Positions 55,846-64,000 of a stretch of DNA of 64,000 nucleotides are shown piece after piece. Source of the stretch: a virus; IMG/VR virus record IMGVR_UViG_3300033757_000225, positions 42 through 64,041 of that record. One strand, 5' to 3'. The notes beneath the pieces were generated by a model, which saw only the letters and a list, made by a program, of their open reading frames with translations, had not been told where the DNA came from and made no database searches. The position numbers and the translations under genes are program-made. The stretch's first letter is position 1, and each line of letters starts with the position of its first letter.

Positions 55846-56769
55846 CTACAAATTCGGACTATATGTTCGCCAATTAACCACAATAGAATCACCGATGCCG
55901 TTGTAGTTAATGTTGAAGCCGTTCACGCTCCGCGAGCTAATAAATAGGTCGCCGCCCGCCAAGGCGCCAGCCCCTTGGATTGATACGATATCAAGGCTGA
56001 TAAGGTAGTTCGCATCAAGCATCGGGTATGGCAGAGCAACCGCCGCATAACTTGCGCTTGCAAACCAATTTGGATAATTCGGCTCCATGCGCCGCAGATC
56101 GGTAAGTGTAACGTTTGTCAGATACGGGTCTGTTTGGTCGGTATCCCCAGCAGGGACAGTTATCCGATAAAGCGTAAGCCCATTACTTGGTACACTCTCG
56201 CCGAAAGACGTGGTAATAAGCTGCGGCATACCATTTGAGTCAATCGCGATATAAGCATAGCACGTTGCAGACGCAGACCCGCTGTTAGAGGGAACTGATG
56301 CCGCTCCTGTTTGTGCAACAACCGGGAAAATTCTTCCGCCGATAAAGATTGCTCCAGCGGCAATATCAAGGTTGCGCGTCGCTGAAGAGGATTTTGAAAT
56401 CGCACAACCAGAAATAACACCCCTGTTCTTGATAGTAATTTGACCTGACTGTATACGCTGTTTTTGCAATTTCAGAATTTCCCTGTTTGCAAGCCCAGCC
56501 TCGGATAACGCCTGCATTGCAACAGCCAAAATGGAGTTTGTCGTATCAAAGGCGAGCGGCTGAAGCAAATCCAGCCGCGCCCCCAGGTTTGAATAGGTTC
56601 CGCGCGCCGCAACGACTTCATCAGTGATTGTTTTGAGATATTTGGTGCGGGCAGCTAACTGCTTATGCGGCAAATTATCAATGCCACTTTCTCCACCACT
56701 GACAGGATCGGTTGTTTCAATTCGATAAATACCATCCTGCCATGTCGTATCTTCCGTTATGTATGCCAT
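55846..56769 (-). CDS. Tail fibre protein
   Basis: WQDGIYRIETTDPVSGG...N.PHKQLAARTKYLK N-terminus. Confidence 0.85.
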   Translation of the reverse strand: MAYITEDTTWQDGIYRIETTDPVSGGESGIDNLPHKQLAARTKYLKTITDEVVAARGTYSNLGARLDLLQPLAFDTTNSILAVAMQALSEAGLANREILKLQKQRIQSGQITIKNRGVISGCAISKSSSATRNLDIAAGAIFIGGRIFPVVAQTGAASVPSNSGSASATCYAYIAIDSNGMPQLITTSFGESVPSNGLTLYRITVPAGDTDQTDPYLTNVTLTDLRRMEPNYPNWFASASYAAVALPYPMLDANYLISLDIVSIQGAGALAGGDLFISSRSVNGFNINYNGIGDSIVVNWRTYSPNL

Positions 56770-56792
56770 CTTTTCCCTCCCTGCATGCAAAT

Positions 56793-56846
56793 AAAAAAGG
56801 CCGAATACCCCTTTTGTGGGATATCCGGCCCTCGTCTCTACTCGGC
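56793..56846 (-). terminator. Conserved leader plus terminator, copy 2
   Basis: 53/54 identical to 13578..13631; upstream of the tail fibre/DGR operon. Confidence 0.8.
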
Positions 56847-56895
56847 ACCTTATATTACTTCTTTATGCTCCTTTTGAGCTTTTCTTAACTCATGC

Positions 56896-57240
56896 TTAGA
56901 ATAACACTGTAATACTTCCCGACAGAGAAGTGTCTGAATCTTTTTCTATCAGATTCCTCACCTCTCGCGCTACCAACACTCCGCTTGTTGTAAAAAGACC
57001 AACCTCGCGAATATTCTTGCCATTAGCCTCGTTGAAACCCAGTGAATAGTCAAAGCGAACGGATGACCCATTGATGACCGTTGCCGCATCAATGCTCTTG
57101 ATATAGGCATTGGTCAGCGCTGTATCGTTCGGCGTTGGTGTCGCGCTACCCTCTCCAAACCCAACCCTGGTAATCGCATCTTGGCTACTCGGACTTGCTA
57201 ATTGTTGAGCGAGGATCGTCTTTAGCGCATTTGTCTGCAT
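56896..57240 (-). CDS. Baseplate/tail-fibre attachment protein
   Basis: GFGEGSATPTPNDTAL, IREVGLF motifs. Confidence 0.7.
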   Translation of the reverse strand: MQTNALKTILAQQLASPSSQDAITRVGFGEGSATPTPNDTALTNAYIKSIDAATVINGSSVRFDYSLGFNEANGKNIREVGLFTTSGVLVAREVRNLIEKDSDTSLSGSITVLF

Positions 57241-57248
57241 ATATCCTC

Positions 57249-58679
57249 CTATAGCGCAGTAGCAACCAGTTGCCTAGTCGTTACACTTACCACACCGTCG
57301 TGCAAAATAGATTCATCATGTAATGCGCTATTATTATACACGATTTGAGTATGTGAAACAATATTCTGCCATTTCGAAGCCGTAAGCTGCGAATATCCTA
57401 TATTGATGCCATAGATGATTCCGGCATGACTGAATCGCGTATCATAGCCAATTCGAGAATTATGATAGATCGGCTGCGTGCCACGGCAGGAATAATTTTT
57501 CTGGATAGATCGAGTATCGGCTTCGATCAGCGCGCCAGTCGCATTGTGCAATTTGAGATTGTTATGCACAATTTTGCTTGTATAATTCAGCACCGAAAGA
57601 TCAATGCTATAGCCTTCCGAGATGGTCACACGGTCCCATGGATAGTTCATCCTATCCGAAAGAAGATAATACTCACCCCGTACACCAGCGGCATGGGTGG
57701 TATCCATGATCATCCCAATGCCATCAAGAATATAGAATTTGTAAAATCCGTTGTGCGTGACCTTATTGTCATGCTGAATTGTCTGATTGTAGAAAACTTC
57801 CGGATCGGTCACAAGAATTGCTCGAACATTCGGCCATTCGATAGGTCCAATGGCAACAGCATCCAATAAGAACCCCGCAGCTGATATGGTAGAGAATTGC
57901 AGTTGCACGTTTCCACTTGTCAATGGCAGAAATAAATGTACCATCGTATAAGCACCAGGCGTACCATCATTGACACTGTACTGTTTGCTTACTTTTGTTG
58001 TTGACCAGGTGCCAGTATCGATGTTGTAGTATTTCTTTGTGCCAGTATGGTAAATGGTCAATCCGAGCGAGCCAGCCCCCTTCTTGGTGCTGGAGAAGAA
58101 GAAGGCGAAGGAATAGGTGGCCATCTTTGGAATCGTGACGGTCTGCGAGACCGAACAAACGCTGCCAGCAATGGCCGGTAACAATTTCAATGCTGTTCCA
58201 TCGAAGGATTTTGAATAGGCAAGCGCAACATCCTGCCCCGAATATGCCCAGTCCGACGACATGGTATCAAATGACCCGTTCTTCAGCAGGTTCGTGGTGG
58301 GGTAGTTTTCAAGAATATAAATTTTGTCTTCATCAAAAAAATAGCTATATGCTTGCTTAAAAGCCTCTTTTATTGCTCTCGGCCCATATCCGTGTCGGGT
58401 AACAAGCGATTTATATCTGAGCCTGAAATATGCATCATCCTCGTCGAAATTGCGAGTGAGCCCAGCAAAGAGCTCCGCGATATTATCAAGCAATATGCCT
58501 TCAGCTTCGTCTACGGAGATTGTTTTTGTATAATAATCTCTAAAATTAGCCAGAGTTTGCAATTCAGTCGCGATAGCACCGCCATTATTCTCAGCATCAG
58601 AGATGAGCTTTTTGTATGAGTCTTTTTCCAGATTAAATGCTTGCGGCATCAGCCGATCAAGTATTTCTTGCTGTGTCAT
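57249..58679 (-). CDS. Baseplate wedge protein with carbohydrate-binding-like insert
   Basis: Follows baseplate J; NLLKNGSFD CBM-like start; H(N/D)G repeats. Confidence 0.65.
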   Translation of the reverse strand: MTQQEILDRLMPQAFNLEKDSYKKLISDAENNGGAIATELQTLANFRDYYTKTISVDEAEGILLDNIAELFAGLTRNFDEDDAYFRLRYKSLVTRHGYGPRAIKEAFKQAYSYFFDEDKIYILENYPTTNLLKNGSFDTMSSDWAYSGQDVALAYSKSFDGTALKLLPAIAGSVCSVSQTVTIPKMATYSFAFFFSSTKKGAGSLGLTIYHTGTKKYYNIDTGTWSTTKVSKQYSVNDGTPGAYTMVHLFLPLTSGNVQLQFSTISAAGFLLDAVAIGPIEWPNVRAILVTDPEVFYNQTIQHDNKVTHNGFYKFYILDGIGMIMDTTHAAGVRGEYYLLSDRMNYPWDRVTISEGYSIDLSVLNYTSKIVHNNLKLHNATGALIEADTRSIQKNYSCRGTQPIYHNSRIGYDTRFSHAGIIYGINIGYSQLTASKWQNIVSHTQIVYNNSALHDESILHDGVVSVTTRQLVATAL

Positions 58680-59749
58680 ACATACTCCGTGATCACATTC
58701 GCAAGCCGTACTATCTTGCTACCATCCATCGTTTCAGGGAGCCCTGAAATATTAAGATTGGATAGCTGCAATATACCATATTGCCCTCGCACAATATCAT
58801 ACAATATCGCGGTATCAGGTGAATCCCCTATTCCCAATACATTAAAGTAATTTTGTAGTTTCGCTTCGATCTCTTCATCGATATAGGCACGCGGTATACT
58901 CCAATCGATGCTCGCTGATATCGTGATTGTGATTGGATATAAGTCAGGCGCCAATACTCTTGCCCTGACTCCCGCAGCCTTATAGCCAGGGTTATCATCA
59001 TCGCCAAGAATGAGTGTTTCAACCTCTGATTTCAGGTCATTGGGCAATACCCCCGCACCGTTTTCCGCATAAATCGTAAAATTATAATCATCAACGGGTG
59101 GGAAATGTTCAACGACGCTACAAGATTTTATACCATCTACCCCAAGGACAGCAGCCTTGATCCCTGGTACTGTCGATCTACCAAGGCCAAGAATGTACTC
59201 TCTGAATCGTGCCGCAAACTCAGCGTCAGTTTCCGCATCGGTTCCTCCAGCACATGCCCCTGTATTGGTGACCGAGGCAATACCAACAATGACTGATTTC
59301 AGTGTAGTAATCATATTGGCAGCTACATTCCCTATCAGCCCTATGGTACTACATTGCACCGGAACGGGATCACTCGTGAGCGATGATCCGGCAACGAAAA
59401 TATAATCGGCCACCGTATTGAATTGTGTACCGTCATCAGTCTCAAGTAGAGTGCCTTTAGGTATATATATGTCATTACTAAATGCAGGATTTCTTGTAAA
59501 GGTAACAAATCCGCTTGCCGCCTGACCTGATTTTCTCTGAAATTCAAACTGTGCATAGGCGATATTTTTCTGGTATGTATCAACATTGGTCATGATTGCG
59601 ATGTATTCCGAGGCTATCACCCTTGCTAGTGCCTCAAAAATAGAAGCAATGACCGAACCTTGGTTCAGATCGGTTACAATATTCTGATTCGCCACGAAAT
59701 AATTCTTCATGTCATCATAGATTTCTTGATATGTCTTCATTGTGGGCAT
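58676..59749 (-). CDS. Baseplate J-like protein
   Basis: GGTDAETDAEFAARFREYILGLGRST motif. Confidence 0.9.
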   Translation of the reverse strand: MPTMKTYQEIYDDMKNYFVANQNIVTDLNQGSVIASIFEALARVIASEYIAIMTNVDTYQKNIAYAQFEFQRKSGQAASGFVTFTRNPAFSNDIYIPKGTLLETDDGTQFNTVADYIFVAGSSLTSDPVPVQCSTIGLIGNVAANMITTLKSVIVGIASVTNTGACAGGTDAETDAEFAARFREYILGLGRSTVPGIKAAVLGVDGIKSCSVVEHFPPVDDYNFTIYAENGAGVLPNDLKSEVETLILGDDDNPGYKAAGVRARVLAPDLYPITITISASIDWSIPRAYIDEEIEAKLQNYFNVLGIGDSPDTAILYDIVRGQYGILQLSNLNISGLPETMDGSKIVRLANVITEYV

Positions 59750-61863
59750 TATTGTACCCCCTCATAGGCATGGCGCTTTTTATCAATGGTGATATATTCA
59801 AACTTGACGTAAAGCCTATCACCAACCCCCTGAAAAGTAAAATTCTCAATGCGGTTAATCCTTGGATCGGCAATCACGGTATCTTTTATGGACGTGGAAA
59901 TATATGGCACAGCCGCAGTAAGGGGTTGTCCGGCACCCGATTTAATGCCGTATACCGTCAGCCGAATGCGATTTCCGATGGATTCACTCAACCGTGACTG
60001 AATTGCCTGGCCGACATTCGCATCTCCCGATATAACCGAAACATCACCAGCAGCGCTCAGCGTGATTCCCCCATCATCAGCGAGTGCAATATCTTTCCCA
60101 AAATTATCATCTCGCGAATAGACTTCATTTCCGGTTGCGACTACATTGGGGTCCTTGCTAGGAATTTTAATATCCATTCCAGGGGTGATCTGAGAATCGT
60201 CCGTAATGCCGTTTACCACCGCAATGAGCATTGCATCATCTGGATTCCCAAGATAATCAGCGGCGAGTTTTTCAAGCGTTGTTGTCTCAGTAGCTGCGAC
60301 ATGATCATATCCATTTATGACGGCCACCTGTATGTCTGCTCCTTGTGTGCCCGCTTCTTGCGCGCCCGTACTTGGTTGATTGATATTCTTTGTACCCTGT
60401 GCGGCAGGTACGACAACAATGTCGGGTGTCATGGATATCTTTTTAGAGTTTGCGGCCACTGTATTCACTACACTTTCGCCATCATGGATAACTGACTCTA
60501 TTTCATTGTTGAACATATTCGCGACTTTTTGATATCGGCTTCCGATAAAGGTCGGCATATTTTTTGTTTCACGTACCAAAGATTCGGTATTCTTCCGTAG
60601 GGATCGAAAGCCACCAAGAATATCAAGCGCAATATCCGCAGGTGCTGTAACGAGCCCCACGCCAAGCGATTCAATATCACGCGCCATTCCGATAGCCTGC
60701 ATTGGCAATGAGAAAAGAGTGTCTTTGATTGTTCCGGAAATCAAATTACGATAGGTATTGATCTGCGAACGTAGATTTGTAATTGACCGACGTAATTTCT
60801 TCACGGGAGCAGAAATCTGCGTACTCCACCGATATGAATTTTGTAAGAAAATTCCAGCTTTCTGAAAAATTGATTTTGAGTCTGCGCGAGCATTTGCTAC
60901 TTTTGTCAATTTGCCATTAACCTTTGTAGCTGTTTCTCCCAAAGTCCGAATTTCCCGCAAATCAATCTGATTACCGGCAAGCTGCACACTTTCCATGTCT
61001 GATGCGATCACATCCATCTTATAGCCGTCATTCAGCTCGGCGACTGCCAATTTGACACGTTCTTCTGGGGGGAGATTGGGATAGTAGTTTGCCGGCAAGC
61101 TATCTGCTGCATCATATACCGACGTAAGCGAACTTTCATCAATAGCCCCCGAACCTACCATGATCGTGTCTTCAGGATTTTCTAGGATGGCAAGCTTTTT
61201 ATCTGTGTTTGCTAATGATGCATCTGCTTGCTTGTAGTATACCGCCTGCTGAGCCACGGCTGTTGTATTGTTTTTAGGCTTTGTACCAAGAATGCGGAGC
61301 CCTGTAAATTCTACAGAGTAGCTATACCAAAACGGTCTTTCTTTTGATTGTGTAATGCGAAAATCTTTAAGTACAACCTCCCAAGAATCCGTATTCGCTT
61401 TGTAATTATTATTTTTAATATCTTCTTCATTCACAGCTGACAAATTATAGAGATATAAATGCGTGTTGCCATAATCTGAATTATTCTCTTTATAGCGAAT
61501 AATATGGTCGCGAATATAGAATATCTCATCTTTTCCGGAAAGCTTCAAATCCCCCAAATTTGCTCGATAGATTGTTCTTGCTTCCTGGTTGCCCGTAATT
61601 CCAGAGAGGACGATCTTTGCCACCTCTGCACCATAGTCGTCAACAAAGAGCCCCCCGAATGTTTTTGTTTCGCTCACTCTTTGTGGATATGTAATTTCCA
61701 CATTTTCAGGTGGTAGTGAGAAGGTAAATATCTCTTGCGTTTGCCCATTCAGCACAATTTCTAGTAAAAACGCTTTCTTCCATGTTTCCGGAAAGCGAGA
61801 TTGTGTAGTTTTTTTGGTTTGCATGCCAGTATTTTGACTTGTTGCATACGCCATCTCAATCAC
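59749..61863 (-). CDS. Tube initiator + LysM-like + gp25-like baseplate fusion protein
   Basis: N-terminal FSLPPE..TKTFGG..DDYG; TLEKLAADYLGNPD..LIAVVNGI LysM-like; C-terminal GDANVGQAIQSRL..YG..DPRI. Confidence 0.65.
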   Translation of the reverse strand: MIEMAYATSQNTGMQTKKTTQSRFPETWKKAFLLEIVLNGQTQEIFTFSLPPENVEITYPQRVSETKTFGGLFVDDYGAEVAKIVLSGITGNQEARTIYRANLGDLKLSGKDEIFYIRDHIIRYKENNSDYGNTHLYLYNLSAVNEEDIKNNNYKANTDSWEVVLKDFRITQSKERPFWYSYSVEFTGLRILGTKPKNNTTAVAQQAVYYKQADASLANTDKKLAILENPEDTIMVGSGAIDESSLTSVYDAADSLPANYYPNLPPEERVKLAVAELNDGYKMDVIASDMESVQLAGNQIDLREIRTLGETATKVNGKLTKVANARADSKSIFQKAGIFLQNSYRWSTQISAPVKKLRRSITNLRSQINTYRNLISGTIKDTLFSLPMQAIGMARDIESLGVGLVTAPADIALDILGGFRSLRKNTESLVRETKNMPTFIGSRYQKVANMFNNEIESVIHDGESVVNTVAANSKKISMTPDIVVVPAAQGTKNINQPSTGAQEAGTQGADIQVAVINGYDHVAATETTTLEKLAADYLGNPDDAMLIAVVNGITDDSQITPGMDIKIPSKDPNVVATGNEVYSRDDNFGKDIALADDGGITLSAAGDVSVISGDANVGQAIQSRLSESIGNRIRLTVYGIKSGAGQPLTAAVPYISTSIKDTVIADPRINRIENFTFQGVGDRLYVKFEYITIDKKRHAYEGVQ

Positions 61864-61865
61864 CT

Positions 61866-62120
61866 CTAGGGAGTACCGTCAATAACTCCCGTTCCGCTTC
61901 CCGTGCCAGTACATACCCCACCAACCGCCGTTCCCGTAACATTTACCGTAACCTGCACTTGTGCGTTCTCTTTGATATGTTTAATCACCTCATCGGCAAC
62001 AGCAGTCCAGAACTCAGCCATTTGCGATTGGGTTGCACTTGGAACCACCACACCCAAAGGCACCATGCTGAGCATTCGATCTTTCAGAGCTGCACCTAAT
62101 ACATCCTTATTCATTGCCAT
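61866..62120 (-). CDS. Small baseplate-associated protein
   Basis: 84 aa directly after the spike. Confidence 0.6.
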   Translation of the reverse strand: MAMNKDVLGAALKDRMLSMVPLGVVVPSATQSQMAEFWTAVADEVIKHIKENAQVQVTVNVTGTAVGGVCTGTGSGTGVIDGTP

Positions 62121-62121
62121 A

Positions 62122-62910
62122 TCACGTCCCCACTACGGTATCACCGGCATGCGGCAACCCAAGAATCGGGCAGAACGGCAGCGCACAAAATGGACCCGAT
62201 CCTTTTGGCGGAACCGTCCCAGATACCCCCAACATGCCGCCGGTAATCTTGCCGTTGACAGTCTTTATTGTAGCACCACTTGGCGTTAATTGCACCTCGT
62301 TCCCATTCTTGTCTTTTACCAAGATTCCTGATGCATCCATGGTAATGGAATTGCTATTTTTATCAGTAATCTTAATTCCATTACTATCAATAACGACTTC
62401 GTTGTTCTGCCAATCTTTTAGATCGATTTTTTTATCGCTCTTTTTGACCGTCAAGGAGAATTGATCATCATCTTCAATCAGGAAATCACCCTTTGATTTA
62501 TCGTAGGTTTTCTTCCATCCACCTTCAATTTTTGTGAGCTGCTCCTCTTCTTTTCCCTTAACTAGGAACTCATTCTTGAAATTCTTGGAAGATTTAGGAA
62601 AACCGGATGCTATCACAAAAGCCCTCTCGACATAGCCGTCCGGCATAATCAAAAAAACATATGTGTCTTTCGGTGGTAAGTCCCTTCCGCCAAGCGGTAT
62701 ATCTTTATCAAGAGCCCAGGTGCTCGATGCAACAGGAATTCTGCTAATGGTCATCCCTCGATCGGTCAATACATCAACAGTGTGATCCTCGGAATGCCGA
62801 TCCACAACCTTCGCCCACATTCCATATACTACATCAACCGGCGCTGAAGACTGCTCAATGGAGGATTGCTTGGCGCCTCCAGGAGCTCGCGCAATGGTAA
62901 TCATTCTCAT
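62122..62910 (-). CDS. Baseplate spike (gpV/gp45-like)
   Basis: OB-like N-terminus, D.N.N.I..D..GI beta-helix repeats, Cys/His tip CALPFCP..GLPH. Confidence 0.8.
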   Translation of the reverse strand: MRMITIARAPGGAKQSSIEQSSAPVDVVYGMWAKVVDRHSEDHTVDVLTDRGMTISRIPVASSTWALDKDIPLGGRDLPPKDTYVFLIMPDGYVERAFVIASGFPKSSKNFKNEFLVKGKEEEQLTKIEGGWKKTYDKSKGDFLIEDDDQFSLTVKKSDKKIDLKDWQNNEVVIDSNGIKITDKNSNSITMDASGILVKDKNGNEVQLTPSGATIKTVNGKITGGMLGVSGTVPPKGSGPFCALPFCPILGLPHAGDTVVGT

Positions 62911-64000
62911 GTGCGTACTCCCTCCGCTTTTTGCACTTTATTGCCAAGTCCGGTTATGGGGCCGCTCATTGATCCATTGTTGTAGACATATCCCCTTGTC
63001 ACTGAAAGCATAGTTCGAGGGCTCTTGCCCATTGCCCATGTATGTTCGGTTCGCTCGATGTAAAATTCGCCACCAAGAAATGAGAGGCGTTCTCCAATTC
63101 TAGGAACTTGCATGACATCATCGTTATAGATAGTTATAATGGATATTTGACCATTCAATAGCTCATCATTCTTGCCATACCAATTATATAATGTTTCTGA
63201 TGCTTTGCGGATAATTTCTTCTTCGCTTTTCTGGCCCGCATCTGGATCACGGTTAAAGAATCGCAAACTCAATTCCATGGGGCGATAGCCATACATCGGC
63301 CATTTTGATTCATTGATTTTTCTTGTTTTGCTATATTCTTCCAATGTAAGAATCTCATTACGATCCAGGCTGCCGCCATAGAGCACCGCAAAAAAGAATG
63401 TATAGACCTGCGAGTCATCCCTGCCAACCGAATAATCAAGCAACACCACATCATTCATTTCAGTGATTGGCAGCGCATTCCAATCGGCAGCATCAAAGGG
63501 AGCTTGTCGAGCAAATATCAAATATTTATTTGAATCATAATCCCAGCGCCCGAAGAGCTCATAAAGCGGAGCAGGCAAAATCGCCTTCCAGATTGACCAG
63601 ATATCGTTTTGCCCTTCCTGGTAGAGCCCGACAGCCATTTTATAAAGTAGTTTGAGCTTATTCGATAACTGCGAATCGGCATCAATATAGCGCTCGATGA
63701 TTTTTTTTATTCCAGCAGGTGCAGCTCCCGCATCGCTGGTGGTACAGAGCTTCATGAAATTGTCATAAATGGCTTTCAGTATCGATTTTGCATCATCTCC
63801 GGCATTTGCCAAGTCAGTGATCAGTTGAGTGCTTGCGCTCTTTGACGATGGCCCCTTTGTCCATAAATGATAATCCATAACCAGCTTGAAAACAGATAAA
63901 AGGTATCCAAAGCCGTGCCCCGTGACCATGATTGTCCTTGATGCACCACCTTCTCCCATTTGTGCGACATATCGAACCTGGGACACTACCCCCGCAAATC
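62907..64000 (-). CDS. Baseplate hub protein (5' end beyond window)
   Basis: Frame open to the window edge; C-terminal PRIGERL..LGGEFYIE..EHTW pattern of hub proteins. Confidence 0.75.
   Translation of the reverse strand, partial: FAGVVSQVRYVAQMGEGGASRTIMVTGHGFGYLLSVFKLVMDYHLWTKGPSSKSASTQLITDLANAGDDAKSILKAIYDNFMKLCTTSDAGAAPAGIKKIIERYIDADSQLSNKLKLLYKMAVGLYQEGQNDIWSIWKAILPAPLYELFGRWDYDSNKYLIFARQAPFDAADWNALPITEMNDVVLLDYSVGRDDSQVYTFFFAVLYGGSLDRNEILTLEEYSKTRKINESKWPMYGYRPMELSLRFFNRDPDAGQKSEEEIIRKASETLYNWYGKNDELLNGQISIITIYNDDVMQVPRIGERLSFLGGEFYIERTEHTWAMGKSPRTMLSVTRGYVYNNGSMSGPITGLGNKVQKAEGVRT

Noticed and set aside
59720-59749. MKTYQE resembling the T4 capsid-targeting sequence
   Set aside because: It is the ordinary N-terminus of a baseplate J protein.
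1-64000. tRNA, rRNA or IS elements
   Set aside because: No cloverleaf with T-loop/CCA, no rRNA-like segment and no transposase recognised by eye.

Overview
Near-complete genome of a contractile-tailed phage with a SPO1/Herelleviridae-like portal, capsid, sheath and tube. Essentially all genes lie on the minus strand. Read from right to left the order is: baseplate hub (cut by the right edge), spike, baseplate, tail fibre, a complete diversity-generating retroelement (target gene, avd, TR, RT; 9 TR/VR mismatches, all at TR adenines), lysis cassette, early recombination/replication genes (YqaJ, RecT, DnaQ-like, initiator with iterons), an AT-rich moron, terminase, portal, MuF, then about 19 kb of giant 'polyvalent' accessory genes (DarB-like MTase-helicase, RelA/SpoT + ART + peptidase multidomain protein, second SNF2 helicase), prohead protease, capsid, neck, sheath, tube, tail chaperones with a +1 slippery site, and tape measure (cut by the left edge). 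The most striking unexplained signals are two. First, a small plus-strand gene with its own consensus sigma70 promoter and RBS is fully embedded antisense just after the RelA/SpoT-like domain (candidate hidden immunity gene). Second, a roughly 35-aa motif preceded by a KA protease-like site recurs seven times across five accessory proteins (candidate capsid-loading signal). All functional calls come from motif recognition by eye; no database searches were run.
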